A stretch of 64,000 bases of DNA, taken from NCBI GenBank assembly GCA_029953675.1, contig JAMWBK010000006.1, positions 1,984,001 through 2,048,000 of the forward strand, written 5' to 3'. This stretch comes from Rhodosorus marinus CCMP1338. Its lineage: Eukaryota; Plantae; Rhodophyta. A program made the position numbers and the translations under genes. Below the pieces are notes generated by a model. The model worked only from the letters and a program-made list of their open reading frames with translations, did not search any database and was not told the DNA's origin. This document shows positions 1-13,446 of this stretch, piece by piece; position 1 is the first letter of the stretch; every line of letters begins with the position of its first letter.

Positions 1-252
1 CTTCACGATCAGAGAATCACAAGCTCAGGTTTCCTGCACACTTTTTGATACCGAATATTCAGACTTCAAAGCGTCAGAATTCAATGCGTCAGAATTCAAT
101 TTGGTTGCGAGGCAATTTACGTCCATCGATCAACCAACATGGATTCGTCACTCGATCGACGTGCATGGAATTCTTCCGAAGAATTATTTACGTAACAGAT
201 AAGACGGATCCAAGGCGAGCTTCTTCTCTTATTGTACAAGCACGACGACGAA

Positions 253-468
253 TCACTCCTCCGATCCATCTTCCGTTTCGGTCGAGCCTTCACCCAGTCT
301 TGACATAGCGCTGATTTGATTGCGTTCAGCTCGTCGAGCGTTCAGAGTTCGGGCATGATCGCCAGCAAGAAAAACCGAGTACAACACGGTCACCACGGTG
401 CCAAAAACAAGTACACTCGATATCCCCCGTTGAGCACCGTTCATCACATGGCGCATAACGGACCCCAT
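253..468 (-). CDS. Small single-TM protein, possibly COX14-like cytochrome c oxidase assembly factor
   Basis: 71-aa ATG ORF with one hydrophobic segment (ISSVLVFGTVVTVLYSVFLAG) followed by a basic/acidic tail (RTLNARRAERNQ...ETEDGSEE). The layout resembles COX14 but the similarity is weak. Confidence 0.35.
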   Translation of the reverse strand: MGSVMRHVMNGAQRGISSVLVFGTVVTVLYSVFLAGDHARTLNARRAERNQISAMSRLGEGSTETEDGSEE

Positions 469-1979
469 CCTTGTGCTCCTCCAGCTAAAAGCAGTTACTC
501 CTTCTCAGACACCAGAAAAAGACCAATGACTACGACTGGCTCTCGGCAAGCTCCATCTACGTCGAAGCCTTCCCCTCTAGCTCTGCACCGCAGCGCCGAA
601 AGTTTCCCGTCTGCACGGTCGTCAACAAAAATTCAGGAGCGGCACGACTTTTTCGAGCTGACTTGACTGTTACACGGCGTCATCCGCGGACGGCTATTTG
701 AGCCATCATTATATACCATAGAGGGGTTCCAAATATTTAGAAGTACAAGCTTGCAGATCGCAGATCGGCGTTATCCAGTCCAGGACCCGCGGGTTAGAAG
801 AACTTGCTCAAGCGCGTCGCAACGTGATCCCTCATCGTTGTAGCCGGTTACAACGACCGTTGAAAAAGGACTGAACCTGCGCTGACTGTGTCAGCTATTG
901 AATTCCACAGCGGCCCTCTTTGTCGTAGATCAGATCTTGGTCTGAGCGAACTAGGGAAGCTGAAAGCGATTTCTGTGATCATAACCCTCCACGTACCAGA
1001 AGACAAACGCGCGACCGCGAGGGGAAAAGCCGAAGGACTTGAGAGACGGGGGAGGCACGAATCGACTAACAGAGGCCCTGGGAAGTAACCAGGTAGCGGT
1101 ATAGCTCAAACTAGAGCAAGGCAGGCGTTCGATGAACCGCCCTACGTTTTGGCCGCAATCAACGAACTCTGAAAGCCGGCGCATAGTGAACAATCAATTT
1201 TGAATGTTATGATTGATAATATAATATTTTCTTTCACCAATCAGCTCGTACTGACTGCGACTCGTATCCAAAATCGGTATTCAATCATTTAATCTATAGT
1301 TATGTTTAAATTATTCGAGGACAACTCGATTAATGATTGTTCATCAATCCACGGCGTTCAGTAGATCCCAGCCCCTAAGGATGCCCTCGGGCGGAGTATT
1401 TGTCTCTAAACTTTTTGACCCCTTTGACTCGGAGCATAGAGTCGTCCGTACTTCATTTTAAAGAACTTTAGCTGCATGATCGGTCCATCATTGATACAAA
1501 GTATTGGGGCGAGAAACACTTCTCTAACCCCCTAGGGCTCTTAAGATATCAACAGGACGATCTTCTCGAGCGAATCTGACACATTCAACGTATTAATGGT
1601 CGTAGGCTAGTTTCATTTTTCTTAATTTATCTTTTATATATTATCCAAAAAGGGGATACGAGATAACGAAATAATGGTTGAAGTAGTTGATATACGATTG
1701 AGGGTTCTTGAGCAAAAGGGGCAATGATCGTAAGATCGAATTGGGGTGTGTACAAGTGTAGGAGAAAGCGTGCCAGAGGCGAGAGGGAGAGAGGGGGGAG
1801 GGTAACGAAGGGTTGTGGGTTAACGGTGACGTTCAAGTTCTGTTTGAAGATACGGTTTGGAAAACAACGAATATTAAACTCGATTACTTGAGAGGCTGTT
1901 GTTTCGTGGAAAGGGTTCGTATACCGAGTTGGATTTTCTGTTTGTTTTGGTTTTGTGTGAGGGTCTAGTGTTGCGCAGG

Positions 1980-2608
1980 ATGGCGACGGAAGAGATGATT
2001 GATGACGATGATCTTAACTTTGATTATGGAAGGAATCCATCTGTGGTGAGGAGAGGTGCATACTTCTTGATTGCGTTGGTTACGGTGTTGCTTCCGGTAT
2101 ACTTGTATGTTGGCGTTTTGGATATGCAGCTTGATGAAGCGCAGATTACGGTGCTTATTGGATCGATGATGGGATCTTTGCTTTTATCACTTGCATATCA
2201 CAACATCTACTTCTCGAAGAGGGTGCATGTAGTGGCTGATAGCTCGGTGCCAACGAAGAGCTCGTTCAAGAAAAATGTTGCGGCTTACAATGCAGCTGTG
2301 GACGCGTACGAATCGAAGTGCACGGTCACGGCCCTCTGCTGGAGTTTGTTCTACAACAATTTGCTGTACTTGAGCATTGTAGTAGTCTTTGGCATTTACG
2401 TGCTTGCTTCAAAGGTGAGTTTCCGATCTATCAAATGGGCTACTCTTTGTATATAATAGAATGGTTTACGGAAGCTGACTTTTGTATTGGTGGTCCATTC
2501 TTCGAACAGGTACCAAAGGAGGCGAACTTCGTGCTCTCTACGGTTGGTGCATCCGGCTTTGCGTTTTACAATTCGCGTAAGGCGATGCAGGCCATCGGCG
2601 AACTCTAG
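1980..2608 (+). CDS. SSR3: Translocon-associated protein subunit gamma (TRAP-gamma)
   Basis: Exon 1 is 1980-2414, intron 2415-2509 (GTGAGT..GCTGAC..CAG), exon 2 is 2510-2608. Four TM segments; SLFYNNLLYLSIVVVFGIYVL...NFVLS matches the SSR3 C-terminal [21 protein letters not shown]...NYILS. Confidence 0.8.
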
Positions 2609-3268
2609 GAAACCTCCTAGAAACCCGCTTCTGGTATGATGCATGGTCCCCGTATTCACCCCATTTTGCTAGCTAGGATCCGCCTCTGTAAAATTTGTGA
2701 TCCGGCAATACCTGTTTTTGAGTACATATTTGGGGGTCTGGATCTGGAGAAATCTCAAAAAGTACCTAAACAGTCTCTTGGTCTTCTATAAGGTCGTTTT
2801 GGACGAGTACCTCGAAATCGCTGTCCTCTGGCCAGTTTGCTTGATTGTTCTGAAGCACTAAACAGCTCATAAGTCACGAGAGAAGCGCGGATTGAGAACA
2901 ACAGTCTAATCGGCCCAATAGGAATCAGCTGATACCAAGTGCACTTCTAGACCTCATCATCATCCTCTGCCGCGTCCCGGGGATCCGGAAGGCTTTTTCA
3001 ATTGCTTGTAGATGGCTTCCAAACGTGCTAAAGCGAGACTATGCACCCTCCCGCGGCTTTGCTATAATTACGATTTACTTACGACCACTCTCCCCACAGG
3101 AAGGGATCAAGATCAGGAAAGTCTCTGGAGCGATCCATTCTCCACCAGCAGAGAGCATAATCCACGTTGCTGCGTGATCGCTTTGAACGGTTCCAAACAA
3201 AAAGCGGATCCTGAAAGCAAAAAGGGTTAACGCATCAACACTAAAGCTTAACGCAGCACGCACTGCGG

Positions 3269-4542
<1,274 letters not shown>

Positions 4543-5377
4543 GCCGTTGATGCAATAAATAATTCGAGAACCACACAATAACAATAATAGAAAAAAGTAC
4601 CTAAAGACAACGAAACAGACACACCAAATCGATTCCTTGACCGGGAGTCACCAGTAATCATCGATCCCGGAACAGCTCATCCTCAACAGCGCACAAAAAC
4701 ACGTCGTCCCCATGAGCTCCGAATAGAAAATTATGCACAATATTGTTCCTAATTAAGAGTTTTATTTCTAACTAATGCTCTATTTCAGCCATTTAATAGG
4801 ACTTATACTCAATATTATTTTTGAAATATGGATAGATCTCGTAGTTCAGAGATATCTTCTCTTGATTTTGACCATATGGAATAGATTTTGACCTCGTGTA
4901 AGCTGACTGGCTTTCCTTGTTGGTTTCTGTTCAAATCGATCATTCGGGATATCGTCAACGTTGAGATGAAACCCTTGATAGCGTCTCTTGAGTACTCACT
5001 ATCTTCCGTGGAACACTTTTTCTGCCGATCGTAGAAGCTGACGGTACGATCTCGGATATCTGCATTCACCTGCATCAATGCAGCTCGTCAAAGATCTCCG
5101 TGCTCCTGATGTGATTGGAAAGCATAGACTATGTCTCTTGGTGTTCCAGCGACCTGCGGCCGAGGACTAGGCTGCACATCACACGACACCATTCAATAAC
5201 CAGAAGTATGACTGTTGCTTCCATATCGATCGATAGGTCGATTTTTCTCAGAACCAGGATGCATTTTCAAAATCCAATTTTTCTACCAGTTAGACAAATA
5301 AACAAAGCAAGTTTCCGAAACAGAGTGGAGACCTGACCCTCGCATGCCATACATATTACGTGTGCACGTATGTGTGA

Positions 5378-7325
5378 TTACTTTTCCTTCTTCTTCTTAA
5401 CCTTCTTCTTCTCCTTCGATTTGGACTTTGCACCTTCCTCGGGTTCTTCTTCTGCCTTTCTCTTCTTCGATTTCTTAACCTCTCCATCTGCTTCCGCGGA
5501 CTTGTCCTTCTTCTTCTTCTTCTTCTTTTGCTGCGTATCTTCGTCAACGTCCTCCTCTGCCTGATCCGCACTCTTCTTCAACTTCTTCTTCTTCTTTTGT
5601 ACAGGTTCTTCACCATCCTAGACCAGTGCAATGAACGAAGCATTAATGCTTAGCTGGAAACAGAGTAGGGAAAAGAACATGTCGGCGTGCACGACGTCTC
5701 CGACGTTTGTTTCGAGAATCTCCACCGCACTCATGGCTGGCGGGGATGACTCACCATGACCATATCCGCAGAATCGTTGTATGTTTTCGCTGGCTCATCC
5801 GGTGCAATATATACACCTTGGGAAGAGTTGCGGCCTGCTTTGCTAATAGCGTTGCTCTGTTTGCCTTCCAACTGCCTCAGTCGATTCTCAACCTTGAGGC
5901 GGTTCTCTTCACCAACAGCACCGTCATTTTCTCCCTCCCCGAGAGCATCTAGGCGGATCGAAAGGGCACATTTGGCCGCTAGAACGCGCGAGATCTTACC
6001 CTTGTGTTTCGGTGCCGCCAATCCAACAACCGACGCGTGATAGATAAGACCTGCCCAGAGCAATTTTCTCCACATGAGCTGATATCATTACATGAGGACT
6101 CCAGATCTGCGGCTACTCACCGTATTTTGGTGTTGCGTGCTTCGTTTTCAAGGCTCGGAAGAGCGCCTTCTCAGCTCCCAGCAGCTGTACCGTACTCGCA
6201 GGATATTTGGCAAGATTAAGAAGAGAGCCAGCATGGGCAATCAGCCGAGCCCCAACCAATTCTCCAACCATCGCAGTTAAGTTCGGCGCAATGGCTCTCA
6301 TACGATTCTTGAGATACTCGAACAGCTTGAACCTGTACTCCGATAGAGTAGTGACCTGCTTGATGGAATGTGAGAGAAAAAGGTTAGAGTACTCAGTGAC
6401 CAGAAGACTCAATGCTTTTCTGAGGGGAAAGGTCGAGAGAAAATGCCATACCTGGCTGCACAACGAGGTAATATTTCGGACGTCCTCCTCAGAGATTTCA
6501 GTACCCATGGATACTTCAGCGGCTTCCTTCAACTCCTCTTCGACCTCTTCCTCGAGAATATCCTTGAAATCGAGACCCTTTGCGTTGCTCCGAATCTTCA
6601 TTCGAGCTACGACTTGTGCGTATTTAACATTTTCGTTGATGATCTTCACCATCTCCGGGAAATGCCATCCGTACCATTCCTTCAGTCTCATTGCGTACGT
6701 ATTCAGCTCCTTGTCCAGGTCGTCCAAGAGCCCGATCGCCTGAATCGAGGAGACAGCCGGTTCCACTGTGAGTTATCGGGGTGACGGGTTGGTCCATGTT
6801 CTCTACGGTGATAATGGCGTGCAAACTTACCTGAACGATCATTGTATCGACTTTGTCTGGTGAAAACTTCAATTTGTAACGGGACAGAGAGTGGGCGAGA
6901 CCCAGAATCATGGCTTTGCGCTCGTGCTCTGTGGACTTTTCTCCTACGAGATCCTCAAAATTCGCTCGAATAACCCGAATTATCTCTTGCACCGACGAAT
7001 CAAATATACACTGGAGACCCAATTTCGACTTGATCGCATTTCCGAGCTTAGACTCCCCGACGGCGAGCTCCTCAGCGTCCTTCACATTCTTCTTCAAGAA
7101 CTTCTTGAGCTGCTTAGAGATCTTGCCCTCAACAATTGCAGTTGACGCGGCCAACGCATCCGTTGTGCTCTCAAACTTTCCAAACGCCTTCAGTCGCAGC
7201 GACGAGCTCAGCGAATCGCCTGTCAAAATCCCCCCAATCTCCTCCGGCTTCACATCCTTCAGCTTCGCAGTATCCGTCACCTTAAACAAAGCATGACCGG
7301 ACGGCGTCTCAAACAAAACCAACAT
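5378..7325 (-). CDS. NOP58: Nucleolar protein 58 (box C/D snoRNP core), multi-exon
   Basis: Starts [16 protein letters not shown]; contains [79 protein letters not shown] and a KKE/D tail. TAA at 5378-5380. Confidence 0.95.
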
Positions 7326-8375
7326 GTCTTTTAACAAGCGGGGCCAAAACACCAAAGCAAAATTCGAACCCAACCCCTAACCCACTTCCCAAAAATATCC
7401 ACCTCCAAAACCTCTACACGATGATCCTCCTAAACTATGCCCTAAGGTTCAAATACTTTCCTTAAGACATGTTTGCATCCGGCCTTCCTAGTTCAAACCT
7501 AATCGCGCTCTGCTAAACCCTCCGCAACTGCGCGAGAGGGTGACATCCTCTCCTCCCTGTACACGGCATTGGCCAACCTCCTTAAAAACAACAAAAGACC
7601 AAACACCGTCGACGCTCATAGCTGTGACAGTTATAATGAGGATAGCGCTCTAGTACTTATCTGCCGTATATGATATTTTTATACAACAATATTTTTGGAT
7701 AATAGTATAAGTATTATTGTACAAAACAATTGATCCCTATTATTATAACTGTCATCTACTGGGTGAACTCCTCAAGTTGATATGGCAAAGCAGGCAGATG
7801 GCCTCTATTTATTTTCGTAATATCCCAATATGTGTGCTAGCTTCAAGGAGAGGGGGGGGTAATAGGTTTTGGCGAGGGGTGTGATGATCGACAATTATGA
7901 ACAAGCTCGGGGGAAGTGGATAGGAGGGGAGACAGCGGGTTGGAGAGAAGGACGTTTCTTGTGTAGATTGTTTCTGTCGAGCCCACGGTGGCGCTCACTA
8001 CAGCATTAGTAGAGCGTTTGCTTTTTGTGAAATTTGTTATGAAAAACTTATGAAGTTTGTCCAGGTCGCGATGATGCCTACCGCTCGAGATGCACACTGG
8101 AGCAAATTCCGTTTATGGGTTTCCACGTTCTGCATCGCCTCCTCCAAATTGCCATAGGCGATCGAGTTTGAAGACGTGGGAGTGAGTGGCGGTGGATTGG
8201 ACAGGACCAGGAGTTTAATCTACAGTACGACCATTTCTGGAATTTCTGCTGGGAACGAATTTGGTTAATAGCATTACGCCCAGCAACCGGTCCGCGACAT
8301 GGGCTGAAGTCAACAATGGTTACATTTACATTATCTCCCGGACTAAATTATTCGATATTGCGAGACAAGCTAGTA

Positions 8376-9909
8376 TTAGCTTTGCTCCAGGCACATGTCT
8401 ATGTGCTGGTTGAGATCCGCATTGGACTTTCCGGGCAATGACCGATTGCATATCGGGCATTCTGGTGCTCTTGTCCGAGGCTTCCGGCTGAAAAAGTCCA
8501 TCAGCTGACTGGTTCCCGGTTGTGGGATGAGATTGACAAAGTTGCAAGCGCCCACACCGAGGAGGGTGAGGTGAAATGGTTCTGCAATCCCGCTGGCTTT
8601 GAGCACGTGAATCATCGCATGCTGCAGAGCATTTACCTCGACGTCTGGAAAGGGGGTGGACCGACTCTCTCTATTTCTTTTCGCCTTTCGGAACACCACA
8701 CGAAGTGTTGACGCTCGCCGTCCTGGGTGCAGCTCGGCATCAATCTGAAGCCGATCCTTCAGCTCTCCACATAGCTTAAGCGTCAGGTTGTGTACTTCCT
8801 CCCACGTTTTTGCAGACTTAAACGAATCCTCCACAGAAACAATCTTCGTTGCAATCGTGTTCTTCACCTCTGTCCGATCCTCTCCTCGAGCTAAGTCCCA
8901 CAACCATGCAGCTTTCTTCGACCCAAGAACGTTTTCAAGCTGCGGGAGGTTGTAAGCAGAACGCAAATGCCCAGCGGTTTTCACCTCTTCACCGAAGATC
9001 TGACGAAATTCATAACTGGCCTTCCAACCCACCCCCGGCAGTTTCCTCAGCGGTAGCTCGGATACATACGAACCGGCAATGCCAGGCATTAAGGAAGTTT
9101 GGGAGTTCGGCTTGTGTATGTTCGCGGCCAACTTCGCCAACATCTTGTTGTTGGCCACGCCAGCACAGCAAGTCAGTTCACTGTCTTCTAAGATTTTCGA
9201 GCGAAGTCGGGAGGCCAGTTGCGACCCAACCATCAGAGCTCTCTCCGTCTCAACGTCCTCCGCCGTTGAACCTGACGAGATTGCCGCAAAGCAAAGAATC
9301 AGGATGTATCCTGTGGGTGCCACGGAAGGTTATTACAGAAAGTGAAAGGGGCATACCTTCAGATAATTGGTCCATAGCAGGATAAACAAATCCTTCAAAG
9401 TTGTAGTTGTACGATTTCGATTTTATAGTCTCGTCAACGATGTGCGTGGCGTCAATGAAGAACTCGTCAAGCCCCAGTTTTTCTATCCTCGTACTTGGTC
9501 CACATACACTGCGCACAGCCTGATGTACAAGCTCATTAGCAGCTCTGTACCTGGTAAGATCCTCACCATTTATCAGGATAAGCTCTGGACAGCTCTTTAC
9601 CGCGTCAGCGGTATTCATCAGCTTTCTACAACCGAACTTCCGCGCAACGTAGTTGCACGTTACGATAATATGCTGTTGGGTGACGGCTACAGGCTTTTCC
9701 TCAAGCTCGGGTCTAGCAACAATCTCGACCTGAGCGTAGAAGCAGTCCAAATCAATGGCTAATACAACCCTGTCGGTAGCCACTGGCTCGACCGCAGTCA
9801 GGAAAGTCGCGGACACTGGTGCAACATTATCATCCCCGTCCTCCGCATTGCCGTGTACAGCTGCTCTATGGTTTTCCTTCAGTTTGGTTTCCTGATTGCC
9901 AACCTCCAT
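8376..9909 (-). CDS. POLI: Y-family DNA polymerase iota with C-terminal UBZ4-type zinc finger
   Basis: IDLDCFYAQVE, VTCNYVAR, KLMN, NGEDLTRYR, EKLGLDEFFID, GSQLASRLR and AGVANNKMLAKLA match Pol iota. One intron at 9272-9356. C-terminus is CPICNRSL..LNQHIDMCL. Confidence 0.9.
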
Positions 9910-10394
9910 GTTCCCTCAACAGCCTGCCGACCTCCTCTACATCTTAAAGCGTTGAAAACGCAACAAACGGAAGATCCTCCATTACCAATAACCTAGCTTC
10001 TTCTCTGCAAACACCACGGATTCCATAGTACAACCTTGTGTTGTCGAGGCTGTGCTCTACGGTCCTCATCGTCGTCACCACCTCTTCAAGCTCCGACTAA
10101 GAAGACAGATATCATGTCCAGACCGATGCATCCGAAACTTCCTACAATTCGGGACACAGTACAACATTCATCTCGCTGTCAACGTTCAAGCTATTCACCC
10201 AGAATTCCTGTACCCAATTCTGAGACTCTTGAACTTCATAGAGGTAGGTAGAGACACCAGTGTCAATATCCTCCCCATCCAAACCGGACACGCTGCTTCG
10301 AAAGTCTTGTCACAGGGATATGGATGCGGGGAGGTAAGAACACTGGTGCTGGTTAAAGAGCTTTCCTCTGTGCGGAATTTTTCGTTTGCGCCCA

Positions 10395-10560
10395 AAGCAC
10401 ATTGGCCGATGATACTTGGTGTAGTCATAAACATTGCTGGCGATTTTGGGGGGTTTTGGACAGGAACATTGGCAGATGACATTTTGATGTTGGCCAAGAA
10501 CATTGGCCGATGACATTTTGGTTTTGGCCAGGGGGGAACATTGGCCAGGAACATTGGTGT
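10395..10560 (+). repeat. Degenerate ACATTGG / TTGGCC short-repeat cluster
   Basis: At least five (A)ACATTGG copies; TGGCCGATGATAC at 10403-15 is identical to the copies at 53 kb. Confidence 0.6.
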
Positions 10561-11089
10561 TCAGTATTTTGGCCGGCTTTACATTCCAGCAGAAGTGGTC
10601 AAGGACAACCGAACCTGGCTACTACTGGAAGAGGTTGGGCTGAGCTCTCAAATGTGCAGTGATAAACGTCGAAGCTCCAGATCACAGAACAATCTAGTTG
10701 GTAGCACTGGCTCCAATGCTTGTCGATGTTGTTTCGCTTCCCGCCTCCAACGAATCGATGTTAAGAGTGGTTCTTGCTTTGTGCCAGAGAGCTTTTGCAC
10801 GGCCAAGCCAACTGGGCAGCAGCATCGGGAACCTTATCGTCAACAGCAAGTTTGCTGTACGGAAGGCCTCCGTCCATTACCCTTCTCGACGACCCAGTCG
10901 TTGGCCCTTGTCTGTTTCCACTGTTCATATCCAGTTAGTTTGCTTCTCAGTAAGGTTTTCCTGAAGTAGTCGGCGATGCCGATGAACAGATCCACGCTTC
11001 GACTATCCCTGCACACCAGCAGGCGCTGGCAGTTGTTTCAGGATGAATTCCTTTGGTTGTGACCGTTGCAAATCAGTTCGCTTCTACCT

Positions 11090-12762
11090 TCACGCAATGG
11101 ATTCCGGGTCAGCTCTCCAGAGGGTGATCTCGGTCTGCTTAAAGTACCGACGATCGGCGTCGTCAACCTGAAACATAAAGTGTTCAATAGTGGAGTACTG
11201 AGCAAGAGGGTTCGCGAGAGGGGGCTAGTCCGGTATCAGACATGGAAAAAGTGAGCTCACCAAAACGAGATTGAGGAAATAACGAACAGAAAAAATGTTG
11301 TTCACAGATCGGTAGGTCCTATAAGTACGTAAACCAACGCTTACAAGTTTAGCGTGTTTGTTGTGCGTGAGAAACTCATTGCTTGTGGAAGTAAGTGTTG
11401 TACAGAAAATCTTACGGTGTCAGTGAGTCGTAAGCTGATAGGAAGAGACGAATAGGAATCTTCTCGCTTCGAACAGGAGCACCGTCCATGACCTACCGAA
11501 TACGACAACACCCATTAGCCAAGGACAGCCTCCCACCCACGATCTGCAGGAACGACCTGTGCTTACCTCAAACTTGCCAATCGTGTCAGTCTCATTATGA
11601 ACATTAGTCCCAGCAGGCCCAGCGCTTTCTTTCCTTTTCAACTCAATTTCCATCCGCTTGATTTTGATCTTAGCCTTTCCGAACGAGTCAGAATAACAAA
11701 TGACGGTTCTTAACCCTGCGTTGCTAGGTGAAAACGCGAGTTTTCCTTGAGGTAGACGCAGGTCCCAAGCCGTCGTTTGGCTGGACTGGTTCCTTACCAA
11801 CACGAAGTAGATCCATCCTCTTACCACGTCTGTCGTATGATACTTGGATCTATCGTAGTCGAATTCAATGTGGAGGACGTCCTCAATTCCGACTTCCATA
11901 CCTGATGTTGGCATGCACAAGGTGAGGTTGAGCCGGTTGGTATTCGGATCAAATGTGCCTGCGATGTAAGTTCGAAAGGCTTACGAATGGAGTTATTGAT
12001 TTCTGGTTCTGGTTGAGTATGCTGAACTGATATGTCGAACTCCTTCTTGAAGTCCGGGGATGTGTGGGGTCTCTGTATTGTGACGCGCAGAAAGTACCTC
12101 AGCTGAACCTACACACAGAGACAAGGATGACATGTCCTGATCAGTTGCGAAGAACTTCGCTCCGTAGAGGGAAATATACAAGGGCGAGTTCTGTGTACAT
12201 TAAGCCCGGAGTAGGTATCAAACGCCTTCTCTACATCTGAGAATGCGAACGCGTATTGCTTAGTCCCAGTAATAACCCCCGGTTCATCGAGCTCTCGTAT
12301 CAAAGAGACGAACTCTTGATTTTGGTCACGGTCATACAACCTGAACAAAGCAAAGGGGTGGGTGATGGAGTAGGCTTAAGAGAGGGTGCAGACGTATACA
12401 ATATGTGACAAGTGTTCCGCACAGTTCAATCGTTCCCACGAATTCTATTCTGACCCCAAGAGTCTGAAGCGCCTTCCCTTCTTTTACCGAAACTGTAACC
12501 TTTCCGCTGACGGAATCACGATGTCCGTACAATGGTAGTTGTTTCTCTTCACCCTTTGCATTTGGTGGCACTACCTTTACATATGGACGATTCTGGGCAC
12601 CATCGAGGGCCTTTTTTCGAAACCATAAGTTGAAGCGGAAGTCAGCGTCTATCCTATCTGTCGAATCTGATCCAATGTTGATCCGATCTTTCCGTGCTTT
12701 GTACTCACGAACGAGATCTGACAGGGCTGGGCCAACCCAAACAAGCTTAGGGCGGCGTCCAT
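11090..12762 (-). CDS. VPS26: Retromer subunit VPS26, multi-exon
   Basis: Exon 1 MDAALSLFGLAQPCQISF; then DSVSGKV..GVRIEFVGTIE, MEVGIEDVLHIEFDYDRSKYH, and C-terminal VDDADRRYFKQTEITLWR. TGA at 11090-11092. Confidence 0.93.
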
Positions 12763-13446
12763 CCACTTCTCGTGAAATCCTCAGCAAGGCAAAAAAATAC
12801 AGACTCGACCTCGCTTAAATCAACAATTCTCCTGCACTCTTGAGCTGGAAAAACTCACTCCTCAAACCCCCTCCCCACTCTCTTTCACCAAACAGCTCTC
12901 CCAGAAGATCAAGGGCCAAGAAAGCTCGAACTAACTCCGATCTTCATAGTCGAACAAGAGGATCTTCAACCTAAACAAAGCAGCCAAGAAAAAGCTACTG
13001 AGGGACATCCCACTCCCCTCCTTCCTAATTTCCACCTAAAGTTATGGTCCTTATCCGATGAATAATGATTGAACAATCATTATACTATCAATAAATACAA
13101 TTTTTATACGTTGAGCGAGAAATACTTTAATTCAAGCTAATTGGAATAGAAGTGGATATGAAGAATTTCCCTAAGGAGGTCAATGCTCTGGTTGAAGGGG
13201 TGACGTAGATTTCGATGTCATTCGTTTGCAACTGGTTGTCGATGTGTGGACCGTATGGTAATCTTGTACTGACTTTTGAAGGTGCTGCTCGTTGGGTGAG
13301 CAAACCTCGGATCGACCACCTCAACCCGATTTGACGTCCGCATTGTTTTGTGTTTGTGGACTGAGATCGTGTGAGGTTCGCGGGTTGGGTCTGAACTTTG
13401 AAGCTACCAATCCGCAAGACGTGCGTGCAAAAATTAGCTCATCCGT

